DNA from: an uncultured Candidatus Saccharibacteria bacterium | GTDB lineage: Bacteria > Patescibacteriota > Minisyncoccia > UBA6257 > GWB1-50-10 | Length of the DNA stretch: 64,000 nt | Direction of reading: 5' to 3' | Assembly (NCBI GenBank): GCA_964365955.1 | Contig: CAYISA010000005.1 | Span: 751-64,750 of the forward strand | Position numbers and translations under genes: made by a program | Notes under the pieces: model-generated | Database searches by the model: none | Told to the model about the DNA's origin: nothing | The model's input: the letters and a program-made list of their open reading frames with translations, nothing else | Part shown: positions 27,823 through 38,280 of the stretch, in pieces | How positions within the stretch are numbered: position 1 is the first letter of the stretch | Layout: each line of letters starts with the position of its first letter

Positions 27823-29496
27823 ATGCTTAGCCCCAAGGATCTGCAGGCAATGCTCCAGAAACAGCGCCATGCCGCCGAGGAAAATGACGCAAAACGGCGC
27901 GCGGAACGCCTGCGGCTCCCCTACATGGACTTGGTGTCGCTCCACGTCCCCACGGAACTCAAAGCGATGGCGCTCGTTCCAGAAGAAAGCGCCCGTGCCG
28001 GATTGTTGGTGCCGCTCCAACTTCTGCGAAAAAAACTGGTCCTCGCGGTTTTTGATCCAACGCTTCCGGAAACAAAAAAGGTAGCGGACGAACTGAAGAA
28101 AAAGTACGAGGTCAGCGTGGTGGTGGCTTCAAAAAGCGGGCTCGCGTTTCTTTGGACATTTTATAAATATGTCGCAAACGAGATGGATGAAATTTCGGGG
28201 CGCGTAGAAATCGACGAAGCGAATCTCTCGAATATTTTAGGGAACGTAAAAACGCTTGGCAATCTGAAAGCGTTGATTGAAGGATTCAAGGGCCAGCGCA
28301 CCTCCGAACTTTTGGAAATTATTTTAGGTGGCGCCATGGCGCTTCGATCTTCCGATATTCATCTGGAACCCACCAAAGAATGGGGGGTCTTCCGTCTGCG
28401 TATCGACGGGTTGTTGCACACCGCAACCGACCAGTTCCCGCTCGGAGCGTATCATTCCGTTATCACGCGCATTAAACTGCTGTCCAATCTAAAGCTCAAC
28501 ATCACTGATCAAGCTCAAGACGGAAGATTCACGATCGCCCTTAAAGATCGCGACATTGAAATTCGCACCTCAATCATTCCTTCGGAGTACGGAGAAACCA
28601 TTGTGATGCGGCTACTCGATCCGAATGCGCTCAAAGTAAACTTGGAAGAACTGGGTTGGAGATCGGATGATCTGGGAATTGTGACAAACGTACTTAAAGA
28701 ACCGAATGGCCTCATTTTGAATACCGGTCCCACGGGTTCCGGAAAAACCACAACCCTTTACGCGTTCTTGAAATACATTCTTACCCCCGAGATTAAGATT
28801 ATTACCGTCGAGGATCCGATTGAGTACCATATTGCCGGGATTTCGCAAACACAAGTGGATACCGATGCAAATTACACCTTCGCAAGCGGTCTCCGTTCCA
28901 TTTTGCGCCAGGACCCCGACGTGATTTTGGTCGGAGAAATCCGCGACGAAGAAACGGCGGATATCGCGATGAATGCGAGTCTTACGGGACATATGGTATT
29001 TTCGACTCTCCACACAAACGATGCTGTGGGTGCCATTCCCCGTTTACTCGACTTGGGGGCAAAACCACAGGTACTCGCGCCTGCGCTGTCGCTTGTAATC
29101 GCACAACGCCTGGTGCGCCGACTCTGCCCCACCTGCAAAACGGCGAAAAAAACAGACCAAAAAACCGCAAAGCAGTTTGAGGTTTTTTTGGAGAATCTCC
29201 CGAAGCGCGTGGACCGCGCCGTTTATACCACTATTACCGTTTTTGAGTCCAAAGGATGCGAGAAATGCGGCGGTTTGGGATACAAAGGCCGAACCTCTCT
29301 GTTTGAACTCTTCGAGGTAGGTGAAAAAATCGAAACGGCAATTTACGAAAATCCGAATGAACTGCGGCTTAAAAAATTGGCAAACGAGCAAGGAATGTCT
29401 ACAATGCAAGCAGACGGTATTTTAAAAGTATTCCAGGGAATCACGACATTCGCGGAAGTTGAAGGAGTAACGGGACCGATTGAGTGGAAAACTTAG
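27823..29496 (+). CDS. Type II/IV secretion-family ATPase (PilB/GspE-like).
   Basis: Walker A GPTGSGKTTT, His-box region, and a tetracysteine CPTCK...CEKCGG motif. Confidence 0.85.
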   Translation: MLSPKDLQAMLQKQRHAAEENDAKRRAERLRLPYMDLVSLHVPTELKAMALVPEESARAGLLVPLQLLRKKLVLAVFDPTLPETKKVADELKKKYEVSVVVASKSGLAFLWTFYKYVANEMDEISGRVEIDEANLSNILGNVKTLGNLKALIEGFKGQRTSELLEIILGGAMALRSSDIHLEPTKEWGVFRLRIDGLLHTATDQFPLGAYHSVITRIKLLSNLKLNITDQAQDGRFTIALKDRDIEIRTSIIPSEYGETIVMRLLDPNALKVNLEELGWRSDDLGIVTNVLKEPNGLILNTGPTGSGKTTTLYAFLKYILTPEIKIITVEDPIEYHIAGISQTQVDTDANYTFASGLRSILRQDPDVILVGEIRDEETADIAMNASLTGHMVFSTLHTNDAVGAIPRLLDLGAKPQVLAPALSLVIAQRLVRRLCPTCKTAKKTDQKTAKQFEVFLENLPKRVDRAVYTTITVFESKGCEKCGGLGYKGRTSLFELFEVGEKIETAIYENPNELRLKKLANEQGMSTMQADGILKVFQGITTFAEVEGVTGPIEWKT

Positions 29497-29720
29497 TTTT
29501 TTAAAAACAAAAATCCCGAAACAAGATCTGTGGGCAAGACGCCATAGAGAGAGCGCTTTTACTTTTCTGATTCTAAAGAATCTGAAAAGGTCGAATAAAC
29601 CAGCGGATATTTCCAGCCGAAGCCGGAAGGTCCTTGGACTGGGAGGTATCCGTTTGCCCACAGGTCTTATATCAGGATTCTAGTTACATGTTAGCATAGA
29701 CGGTCTAGATTGTCAATAGT

Positions 29721-30719
29721 ATGGAAAATAAGGCTATTTTGAAGGAAATCGACCCAAATTTTGACGCGGCACTCCGCCCCACGGAGTGGGGGGACTACAT
29801 CGGTCAGAAGAAAATTAAGGCGAATCTGCGCCTGATGATGGACGCCGCCAAAGAACGCAACGAATCGTGCGAGCATCTTTTATTTTACGGGCAGGCGGGA
29901 CTCGGGAAAACGACACTCGCCTATTTAATCGGCAAAGAAATGAACGCGCCCGTGCAGTCCACGTCCGGTCCCGCGCTCGAAAAAGCCGGGGACATCGCGG
30001 CAATTCTTTCGAACCTCGAGCCGCATCATATTTTATTCATCGACGAAGTTCACCGCATGCAAAAACTTGCGGAGGAAATCCTCTACCCCGCCATGGAAAG
30101 CCGTAAACTTCCACTTATCGTGGGGAAGGGTCCCTCGGCGCGGATGCTCACCATCGATCTTCCGCCTTTTACTATTCTTGCCGCCACCACCAAAATGAAT
30201 CTATTGTCCGCGCCGCTTCGCTCGCGGTTTGGCGCTACATTCCGCCTGGAATATTATTCAAGCGAAGAGATCGGGGAGATTGTAAAGCGCTCGGCAAAAC
30301 TGTTGGGAATAACAATCAATGCGGACGCGATCAAACTCCTCTCCGACACCTCGCGGTTTACGCCACGCATCGCCAATCGTCTTTTGAAACGCGCCCGCGA
30401 TTACGCGCAAATCCACAAACGCGGAGGAATTGACGCGGAATCGGTTCGGGAAACGCTGCGCCTTCTTGAGATCGACGGACTTGGACTGGAACTCACCGAT
30501 CGCCACCTTTTGGAGATTATCATCAAGAAATTCGTGGGTGGGCCCGTGGGGCTTAAAACCCTTGCGGCAGCCTTAAACGAGGAACCAGGGACTATAGAAG
30601 ACGTTTTTGAACCGTTCCTCATGAAGCTGGGATTCCTGCATCGCACCCCGGCGGGCCGCACTGCGACATCCTTGGCATACAAACATCTGAATTTGCCCAT
30701 GAAATCGGGCTTACTCTAG
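29721..30719 (+). CDS. ruvB: Holliday junction helicase RuvB.
   Basis: GQAGLGKTTLA Walker A and collinear RuvB motifs. Confidence 0.93.
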   Translation: MENKAILKEIDPNFDAALRPTEWGDYIGQKKIKANLRLMMDAAKERNESCEHLLFYGQAGLGKTTLAYLIGKEMNAPVQSTSGPALEKAGDIAAILSNLEPHHILFIDEVHRMQKLAEEILYPAMESRKLPLIVGKGPSARMLTIDLPPFTILAATTKMNLLSAPLRSRFGATFRLEYYSSEEIGEIVKRSAKLLGITINADAIKLLSDTSRFTPRIANRLLKRARDYAQIHKRGGIDAESVRETLRLLEIDGLGLELTDRHLLEIIIKKFVGGPVGLKTLAAALNEEPGTIEDVFEPFLMKLGFLHRTPAGRTATSLAYKHLNLPMKSGLL

Positions 30720-30723
30720 GGTT

Positions 30724-31185
30724 ATGCGTTTTTTGAGTACATCCGCAAAAGCAACCAAGGACTATGCTGCGCTTTTAGGCCGTGAGATTTCCCGCGCGTC
30801 TCTAAAGAAATCCCATGCCCTTGTTCTGGGTTTAGAAGGCGACCTTGGAAGCGGCAAAACGACGTTCGTGCAGGGACTCACGAAAGGGCTTGGGATCCGT
30901 GCACAAATTTTAAGTCCGACGTTTGTCATCTGCCGGAGCCACGCACTCCGAGGGAAACAGTACAAGCGCCTGTTTCACATGGATGCCTATCGCATCCGAT
31001 CCGAAAAAGAACTGGGTGCTCTCGCCTTTGATCCGATGATGAAGGACCCATCGCATGTGGTGGTTATTGAATGGGCTGATATCATCCGAAATGCCATTCC
31101 CCGCGACGCGATCTGGATTTGTTTTTCTCACGAACAAAAGAATGGGTCGCGCCTCATCACGATTCGGTCTCCCCGCAAACGATAA
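30724..31185 (+). CDS. tsaE: tRNA t6A biosynthesis ATPase TsaE (YjeE).
   Basis: LGLEGDLGSGKTTFVQG P-loop in a ~150-aa protein. Confidence 0.8.
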   Translation: MRFLSTSAKATKDYAALLGREISRASLKKSHALVLGLEGDLGSGKTTFVQGLTKGLGIRAQILSPTFVICRSHALRGKQYKRLFHMDAYRIRSEKELGALAFDPMMKDPSHVVVIEWADIIRNAIPRDAIWICFSHEQKNGSRLITIRSPRKR

Positions 31186-31188
31186 TTT

Positions 31189-33648
31189 ATGAAAACACTT
31201 CTGCTGATCGATGCTCATTCGTTAATCCACCGCGCATACCACGCACTTCCTCCTTTTGCTTCCCCTAAACACGAACCAGTGGGGGCAATCTACGGAATTT
31301 CTTCGATGCTTCTGAAAATGTTACGCGACATTCGCCCGGACTACGTTGCCGCGGCATTCGACAGGCCCGAACCCACGTTCCGGAAGGAACTGTTCGTGGA
31401 TTATAAAGCGCATCGCCAGAAAGCGGACGATGAGCTGGTGGCGCAGTTGATTGAGGCGCATCACACGTTCGAGGTGTTTGGAATTCAAGCGTTCGAAAAA
31501 CCGGGGTTTGAGGGGGATGATATCATCGGTACGCTCGCAAAAAAATTCCACAATAAAAAATCGCTCCGCGTCATTATTCTTACGGGAGATCTGGACACGC
31601 TTCAGCTTGTGGAGGGAGATTCCCTGGTGGTGGAAACGCCCAAAAAGGGACTTGGAGAAACCACTACGTATAACGAGAAAGCGGTCGAGACGCGTTATGC
31701 GCTTTCCCCTGGGCAACTCACGGATTATAAGGGCTTGGTAGGAGACCCGTCGGACAATATCCCCGGCGTGAAAGGGGTTGGACCGAAAACTGCGGCACAT
31801 CTACTTGCAGAATACGGCACGCTCGAAAATCTTCTTTTGCGCCTCGATCCAAAAACGGCGGCGGAGAAAAAGATTATTGCGGAAAAAGACGCTGCTCTGT
31901 TTTCAAAAAAACTTGCCGTGATAAAAACGGACGTTTCGCTTTCCGTTGACCTTTCTTCGCTTTCTTTTCCCGAACTTCCTATCGCACCGCTCAAAAAATA
32001 TTTTGAAGAAAAAGGATTTGATAGTCTCCTTGCGCGTTTAGGAATTTCGCCGACGTTACTGCCTTCTAAAACCAACCGAGCGGTAACAGAAGCCCCAAAG
32101 GACGCTGTCTTTGTTTTTGAGGAAACTGCGGAAAACATTCCATCGGAAACACGCTCGTCTTCCGTATTAAAGATTGCTTATGACTGGAAAAGTGTCCTAA
32201 AAACACCCGGGGGGGGGAACATTTCCGGTCCCTTTTTTGATATAAAGATCGCCGGCTGGCTTTTGGATCCGGAAAAAAAAGATGTCTCCGTCGAAGCGTT
32301 GATACGACGATTTCTAAAACGTCCGTTGGGCGGTCTTTTTCCACAGGAAGAAAAAGAGGGGGCGGTACGCGAACTGTATCCTTTTTTGAAAAATGAACTG
32401 CGCGCCTGTAAAATGGAGGATCTTTTTGAAAAAATTGAAATGCCCCTCATCCCCGTTCTTGCGAAAATGGAACTCGCCGGAATCGGAGTCGAAAAAGCGG
32501 CACTTGAATTGCTCGGAAAAGAAATTGATGCGGAACTTGAAGATCTAACCGAAAAAATCTATAAGGGGGCGGGAATGATGTTCAATATTAATTCTCCCAA
32601 GCAAGTTGCGCAAATTCTTTTTGAAAAATTGGAATTGGGCGGCGTGAGGCGTAAAAAAACAGGGACGGGACAGGCTCGAACCGGAAAAGATATTCTTCAG
32701 GAACTTTCCGGACATCATGCGATTGTGGATTTAATCCTTGCGTATCGCGAACATTTCAAAATACGCTCGAGCTTCGTAACACCTCTGTTGGATTCCATCG
32801 GGACAGACGGGAGAGTTCATACAGAGTTCCTGCAAACCGGCACAGCTACCGGCAGAATCGCATCCGAAAATCCCAACCTTCAGAACATTCCGCAGGAATC
32901 CAAGTGGTCAACACAACTTAGAGACGCGTTTCAGGCGAGCGACGGATGGAGCTTTCTTTCGTTCGACTATTCTCAGTTGGAACTGCGGCTTCTTGCCCAT
33001 GTGAGCGGTGACAAGAATTTGAAGAATGCCTTCAAAAACGGAGAAGATGTGCATACGCTGACCGCGTCTCGCGTTCTGAAAATTCCCGCCGAGAAAGTCG
33101 GTGCGGTTGAACGACGCATCGCAAAGACATTGAATTTCGGAATTATCTACGGAATGGGAGCGCGTGCGTTTGCGAAAACAAGCGGTGTTCCTCCGAAAGA
33201 AGCGGAGCGTTTTATGGAAGAATATTTCCGCACCTTCCCCGGTATCAAGGAGTGGCAGGAACGCACCAAGGCGGAAGCGCGTACGTTTGGATACGTCAAA
33301 AATTTGAACGGCCGCCGGCGCGTGTTTTTACGCACGGGAAACGCCTTTCTGCGAAACGAGATGGAGCGGGCCGCCATCAATATGCCCCTTCAAAGTCTGG
33401 GTGCGGATATTATAAAATTAGCTATGATCGGCACATCTGCCATTCTGACACAGCAAAAAAAATCGGCACGCTTGGTTCTTTCTATCCACGACGAACTGGT
33501 CTTCGAAATACAAGATGCCTTGCTCCCCGCGCTTCTTTCTCCGATTCGCGATATAATGGAACACGTCTTCCCCCTTTCGGTGCCGCTGCGCGTAGAGGCA
33601 AAGACGGGGAAAACATGGGGAAACATGAAAAAAATCGACACAGAATGA
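31189..33648 (+). CDS. polA: DNA polymerase I (5'-3' exonuclease plus polymerase domains).
   Basis: N-terminal 5'-nuclease motifs and polymerase motifs A/B/C (DYSQLELR, RRIAKTLNFGIIYG, HDEL). Confidence 0.93.
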   Translation: MKTLLLIDAHSLIHRAYHALPPFASPKHEPVGAIYGISSMLLKMLRDIRPDYVAAAFDRPEPTFRKELFVDYKAHRQKADDELVAQLIEAHHTFEVFGIQAFEKPGFEGDDIIGTLAKKFHNKKSLRVIILTGDLDTLQLVEGDSLVVETPKKGLGETTTYNEKAVETRYALSPGQLTDYKGLVGDPSDNIPGVKGVGPKTAAHLLAEYGTLENLLLRLDPKTAAEKKIIAEKDAALFSKKLAVIKTDVSLSVDLSSLSFPELPIAPLKKYFEEKGFDSLLARLGISPTLLPSKTNRAVTEAPKDAVFVFEETAENIPSETRSSSVLKIAYDWKSVLKTPGGGNISGPFFDIKIAGWLLDPEKKDVSVEALIRRFLKRPLGGLFPQEEKEGAVRELYPFLKNELRACKMEDLFEKIEMPLIPVLAKMELAGIGVEKAALELLGKEIDAELEDLTEKIYKGAGMMFNINSPKQVAQILFEKLELGGVRRKKTGTGQARTGKDILQELSGHHAIVDLILAYREHFKIRSSFVTPLLDSIGTDGRVHTEFLQTGTATGRIASENPNLQNIPQESKWSTQLRDAFQASDGWSFLSFDYSQLELRLLAHVSGDKNLKNAFKNGEDVHTLTASRVLKIPAEKVGAVERRIAKTLNFGIIYGMGARAFAKTSGVPPKEAERFMEEYFRTFPGIKEWQERTKAEARTFGYVKNLNGRRRVFLRTGNAFLRNEMERAAINMPLQSLGADIIKLAMIGTSAILTQQKKSARLVLSIHDELVFEIQDALLPALLSPIRDIMEHVFPLSVPLRVEAKTGKTWGNMKKIDTE

Positions 33649-34949
33649 TAAAGAATATTTTTGAAACATTCCGGCTGGTTACGCTCCACATAAGGGGCGT
33701 CCACGCAATAGCACTCTACACCGTGCTGGTGATCATGGCGGTTCCCCCTGTAGTGGCTTTTCTTTTTGCTCCGTGGTTTTTTGGAGTCCTGGGTTTCTTC
33801 GCTTATTTTTCGGCGGCGATCCTGTATCTGCGGAAAGCGCTCGATGTTGCGCGGCTACAGCTTTCGGAACAGTTTGAAACAAAAGAGTTTTCTGCGCTGG
33901 TGGATTATCTGCCCGAAGGCGTTATTTTGTATGATCCTTCTTTTAAGGTTCTTTCATTCAATAAAGCCGCACAAGAACTGTTTCGTCTTTCCGCCGAGGA
34001 AATCGTGGGACGCATGATGGATCCGGGGATGGCGAAAAATCCCCATTATCGCATTCTTGTGCAAGCCCTTTTTCCGTCCCTAGCTCCTTCCATGACGCAG
34101 GTTTCGACATCAGAGGCATGGCCACAAATTGTCGATTTAACGACCGATGAACCCGTGCTGGAGCTTCGTTCAACGCTTATCCGATTAACGGACGAAGGGC
34201 AAAATGCCATTGGTTTCCTCCGTCTGGTCAAGGACCGCACGCGCGAAAAGGCGCTACTTGCGGAAAAAACGGATTTTATCAACGTGGCGGCGCATCAGCT
34301 GCGGACACCCCTTACCGCAATGGGATGGGCTATGGAAAGCCTTGTGAATCTCACCGCTGATTCAAGTGCCGACGTAAAAGAAATCGTGAAAGAAGGGAAC
34401 GAAATTGCACAGCGAGCGCTTAAAATCACAAACGATTTGCTGGATGTGGCAAAGATCGAAGAAGGGAAATTCGGATTTTTATTTGAGGAAAAAGATATCG
34501 CGGAACTGATTCAACAACTCGTCTCTGCTTCCGGAAGCATCGCGAAACAGTACTCGGTCACTCTTTTTATGGAGCCGCCGAAGGAATCGATCGTGGTTCG
34601 CATGGATCCCGCAAAACTTTCGAGCGTATTTTTGAACCTTTTGGATAATGCCATCAGATATAACGTGAAAAACGGGCGCGTCGTAATCGCAGTTGATCGT
34701 CTGATGGATAAACCGTTCGTTAAAATTTCGGTGGAAGACACTGGAATCGGCGTTCCTTCCGAAGAAATAGGCGAACTGTTCACGAAGCTTCATCGCGGAT
34801 CGAACGCCGCGGTAGCGGAACCTAACGGAAGCGGCCTTGGTCTCTACATCGCGAAGAACATCGTGGAACAGCACGGGGGAAGCATCGGGTTTGAATCTAC
34901 GCTGAATCGTGGGAGCACGTTCTGGTTTACGCTCCCTTTAAAAAAATGA
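33645..34949 (+). CDS. Sensor histidine kinase (two TM, PAS-like region, HisKA, HATPase_c).
   Basis: H-box AAHQLRTPLT, N-box LLDNAIRYN, G-box GSGLGLYI. The start ATG overlaps the polA TGA (ATGA). Confidence 0.85.
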   Translation: MIKNIFETFRLVTLHIRGVHAIALYTVLVIMAVPPVVAFLFAPWFFGVLGFFAYFSAAILYLRKALDVARLQLSEQFETKEFSALVDYLPEGVILYDPSFKVLSFNKAAQELFRLSAEEIVGRMMDPGMAKNPHYRILVQALFPSLAPSMTQVSTSEAWPQIVDLTTDEPVLELRSTLIRLTDEGQNAIGFLRLVKDRTREKALLAEKTDFINVAAHQLRTPLTAMGWAMESLVNLTADSSADVKEIVKEGNEIAQRALKITNDLLDVAKIEEGKFGFLFEEKDIAELIQQLVSASGSIAKQYSVTLFMEPPKESIVVRMDPAKLSSVFLNLLDNAIRYNVKNGRVVIAVDRLMDKPFVKISVEDTGIGVPSEEIGELFTKLHRGSNAAVAEPNGSGLGLYIAKNIVEQHGGSIGFESTLNRGSTFWFTLPLKK

Positions 34950-34956
34950 GCGGCGT

Positions 34957-35424
34957 ATGGTTATTGTAGGCATTGATCCGGGGACGCACCGCGTCGGATA
35001 CGGGGTTATTAAAAAAACAGGATCTTCTCTTTCTTTTTTGGAGGCAGGTCTTTTGAACGTTGCGGTGGGACCAGACCGTCTACCCGCAATCGAGAGGAGC
35101 CTAAAGGAACTTCTGGACCGCGCCTTGCCCGATCGTGTGGGAATTGAAAAATTGTTTTTTACCAAGAACCAGAAAACGGCCATCGCCGTTGCCCAGGCAC
35201 GCGGCGTATTGTTAAATACGGTTATGAAGCATGGGACTCCCGTCGTGGAACTTACACCTTCCGAAATTAAGCTCGCGGTTGCGGGAAACGGGCGAGCGGA
35301 AAAACGGTCTGTTGCGCGTATGGTTTTTCGTTTTTTGAACATACCGCCACTCCGTTCCCCCGATGACATCACAGATGCTCTCGCGATCGCTATTGCCGCT
35401 TCCTCCCGCCGTATTGACATTTGA
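34957..35424 (+). CDS. ruvC: Holliday junction resolvase RuvC.
   Basis: MVIVGIDPGTHRVGYGV N-terminus with catalytic Asp; ~155 aa. Confidence 0.9.
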   Translation: MVIVGIDPGTHRVGYGVIKKTGSSLSFLEAGLLNVAVGPDRLPAIERSLKELLDRALPDRVGIEKLFFTKNQKTAIAVAQARGVLLNTVMKHGTPVVELTPSEIKLAVAGNGRAEKRSVARMVFRFLNIPPLRSPDDITDALAIAIAASSRRIDI

Positions 35425-35485
35425 AATCTGTTTTCTATACTATCCCCATCACAAAAGAAAGGTCGCTGGGGTCTTTTATTATTTC

Positions 35486-35704
35486 ATGTTAGACGCGCTA
35501 CTTCTTACAAAGATGTCAAAAGCCGAAGACGAGAAGGAGGAGATGGACGTTGAAGAAACGTTTGGTTCCGGTATTGCTACCCCTCGTTCGCCTTTCCCTG
35601 AAACCGAGGTGGGCGTGGGAGGATTGGAAGAAACGGAGGATGAGGGCACGCTTCCACTTCCCGACGAAGAAAAAACTGCGGGAGAAGGAGAAGAAGAGTG
35701 GTGA
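35486..35704 (+). CDS. Hypothetical small acidic protein.
   Basis: A TTGACA-16 nt-TATACT promoter (35414-35441) precedes it and a terminator follows. The Glu/Asp-rich sequence has no recognised family. Confidence 0.3.
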   Translation: MLDALLLTKMSKAEDEKEEMDVEETFGSGIATPRSPFPETEVGVGGLEETEDEGTLPLPDEEKTAGEGEEEW

Positions 35705-35726
35705 CAACGCGTAATGGTTTTCGCAA

Positions 35727-35765
35727 CCTCGTGGTGGGTTTGAAACACTCCCCACGAGGTTTTAT
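35727..35765 (+). terminator. Rho-independent terminator.
   Basis: cctcgtgg ... ccacgagg hairpin followed by TTTTA. Confidence 0.5.
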
Positions 35766-35774
35766 ATTAAAGAG

Positions 35775-38273
35775 ATGCTGATAGAATCGAAAAGGGGGAA
35801 GAGGTTAAAAATTCGCCACATCGCCGCGTTTTTTTTCGGATGGCTTTTCCTTGCCGGACTCGGCGTCGCCGGAGGAGGAGTGATCTATTTGGCGGTACTT
35901 ATCAAACAACTTCCGTCGCCGAACGATCTGAATAATCGTAACGTTGTGCAGTCTACAAAAATCTACGACCGCGACGGAAAAGTTCTTCTCTACGAGATCC
36001 ATGGAGAAGAGAAACGGACCGTCGTTCCATTCGAAAACATACCGCAGAACCTGAAAAATGCTACGCTTGCCGCGGAAGATGCGGAATTTTACACCGAACC
36101 CGCGTTCAGTTGGAAAGCGATTCTTCGCGCGCTCGCATCGAACCTTCGCGCTGGAAAAGTAACACAAGGCGGATCTACCATCAGCCAACAACTCGCTAAA
36201 AATATTTTTCTGTCTTCCGAACGCACCGTTACGCGAAAAATAAAAGAACTGGTTCTTGCGCTTGAACTCGAGGCAAATTATTCCAAAGATCAGATTTTTT
36301 CTTTTTACCTAAATCAGATTCCTTATGGTTCAAATGCGTATGGAATTGAAGCGGCGAGCCAGACGTTTTTCGGAAAACCCGTAAGCTCCACAACACTTGC
36401 CGAGGCGGCGGCACTCGCCTCTCTTCCTAAAGCTCCGAGTTATTATTCACCGTGGGGAAACAATATAAAACTCTTGTTGGAGCGAAAAGATAAGACACTC
36501 GACAGAATGGAGGAGCTGCATTGGATTACACCCAAAGAACGCGACCAGGCAAAAAAAGAGATTCTTGTCTTTATGCCGCCCTCGCTCGGCTCCATTAAAG
36601 CTCCTCATTTTGTCCTTTCGGTGAAAGATTATCTCATCAACAAATACGGGGAAGAGCTCGTGACAAACGGGGGTCTTCGCGTCCTGACTACGCTCGATTG
36701 GGACTTACAGCAACAGGCGGAGAAATCCGTGGAGGAGGGGGTTAAAAGAAATCTGGAACTTTACAACGCAAAAAACAGCGCACTTGTTGCACAAGATTCA
36801 AAAACGGGACAGGTTCTCGCTCTCGTCGGATCCCGAAACTACTTCGACATCGCAAACGACGGAAATTTTAATATCGCAACGCAAGGCCTTCGGCAACCCG
36901 GCTCCGCACTGAAACCGTTCGTGTATATGACAGCGTTTCAAAAAGAATACTCTCCGAAAACCGTCCTGTGGGACGTCCCCACGGAATTCGACGCTCGAAA
37001 CGACAACGATCCGGAACACAGCTACAGTCCCAAAAATTTTGACGATGTGTTTATAGGACCCGTCACCATGGAAAACGCACTGGCACAGTCGAGGAACGTT
37101 CCGGCCGTCAAAGCACTTTACCTTGCGGGATTCGACGACGTCTTAAAAAATCTCCACTCATTTGGAATTACGACTCTTAAAGAACGCTGGCGGTACGGTC
37201 TCTCCCTTACACTTGGGGGTGGCGAGGTGCGCTTGATTGACTTGGTAAATGCGTACGCGACCCTCTCTCAAGAAGGGGTTCGTCACACACAAACGCTGGT
37301 TCTTCGCATAGAAGACGCTTCAGGAAGGGTGCTCGAGGAATACAGGGACTCCAACGAGTCGGTAATGGATCCGCAGTATCCTCGCATGATTTCCCAGATC
37401 CTTTCGGACGCCCAACTCCGGTCTCCCGTTTTCCAAGCGAGTCTCCCTCTAACGGTCTTTCCGGACTATGAAGTAGCGCTCAAAACAGGCACCACGGAGG
37501 ACTATCGAGACGCTTGGGCGCTTGGATATACCCCCTTCCTCACTGTGGGCGTATGGGCGGGAAACAACAACAACACGCCCATGACACACAAAGGAACTAG
37601 CATTCTTGCGGCGGTTCCTATCTGGAATTCGTTTCTGAAAGAGGTCCTCAAAAAATTTCCGCCGGAATCATTTACGAAACCGGAATCGTACGTGCTTCCG
37701 CAAAAACCTATGTTGAACGGGGAATCGGAAATTATTCCCGTCCTGAACGGAAAACGTTTTCCACAAATTCATTCCATCCTTTTTTACACGGATAAAAACG
37801 ATCCGTTGGGACCGGTTCCGCAAAATCCTTTGGCTGATCCGCAGTACGAGAATTGGGAGCGGGGAGTTTTAGAATGGGCGCGTATAAACCTTCCGTCTTT
37901 TTCATCTTACAACCAGCCCGTTCCCGAGGGCGCGACGTTTTACTACCCTTCCCAAAAAATCCCCGTCGCTCCTTCGTTGCCACCTCCGGTGATGCCAGGA
38001 AGTTCGCTTTCGATGGAAAACTTGATGCCAAAAAGCGGTGAGTTTATGAACACGCCGTTTCGTATCACCGCAAATTTTAATTCTTCGGTGGGATTAAAAA
38101 AGATTGAACTGTATTATAACCGCCGTCTTATCAGTTCGCTCTCGGTGTTCGGGATTCGATACTATTACAGCTACCTTTTTGATCTCCCGCTAGAAACGCA
38201 AAACCTTTTCGAGATTCGCGCATCGGACGTAAACGGAAAAGAAATAAAATCTTCGTTCGTAGTGAACCATTAG
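35775..38273 (+). CDS. Penicillin-binding protein 1A-type bifunctional transglycosylase/transpeptidase.
   Basis: GT51 motifs (EDAEFY, GGSTISQQLAKN) and a transpeptidase region. N-terminal TM anchor. Confidence 0.88.
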   Translation: MLIESKRGKRLKIRHIAAFFFGWLFLAGLGVAGGGVIYLAVLIKQLPSPNDLNNRNVVQSTKIYDRDGKVLLYEIHGEEKRTVVPFENIPQNLKNATLAAEDAEFYTEPAFSWKAILRALASNLRAGKVTQGGSTISQQLAKNIFLSSERTVTRKIKELVLALELEANYSKDQIFSFYLNQIPYGSNAYGIEAASQTFFGKPVSSTTLAEAAALASLPKAPSYYSPWGNNIKLLLERKDKTLDRMEELHWITPKERDQAKKEILVFMPPSLGSIKAPHFVLSVKDYLINKYGEELVTNGGLRVLTTLDWDLQQQAEKSVEEGVKRNLELYNAKNSALVAQDSKTGQVLALVGSRNYFDIANDGNFNIATQGLRQPGSALKPFVYMTAFQKEYSPKTVLWDVPTEFDARNDNDPEHSYSPKNFDDVFIGPVTMENALAQSRNVPAVKALYLAGFDDVLKNLHSFGITTLKERWRYGLSLTLGGGEVRLIDLVNAYATLSQEGVRHTQTLVLRIEDASGRVLEEYRDSNESVMDPQYPRMISQILSDAQLRSPVFQASLPLTVFPDYEVALKTGTTEDYRDAWALGYTPFLTVGVWAGNNNNTPMTHKGTSILAAVPIWNSFLKEVLKKFPPESFTKPESYVLPQKPMLNGESEIIPVLNGKRFPQIHSILFYTDKNDPLGPVPQNPLADPQYENWERGVLEWARINLPSFSSYNQPVPEGATFYYPSQKIPVAPSLPPPVMPGSSLSMENLMPKSGEFMNTPFRITANFNSSVGLKKIELYYNRRLISSLSVFGIRYYYSYLFDLPLETQNLFEIRASDVNGKEIKSSFVVNH

Positions 38274-38280
38274 TGTTTTT

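Noticed and set aside
32209-32217. G9 homopolymer inside polA (Gly-Gly-Gly), and G7 at 11292-11298 in infC, as possible phase-variation tracts.
   Set aside because: Both sit in essential genes and are in frame. They are most likely neutral Gly codon runs. Noted only as places prone to sequencing error.
33252-33644. N-terminal extension of the histidine kinase ORF, overlapping the polA 3' end.
   Set aside because: The extension is the out-of-frame translation of polA. The ATG at 33645, which overlaps the polA TGA, gives a sensible TM start.
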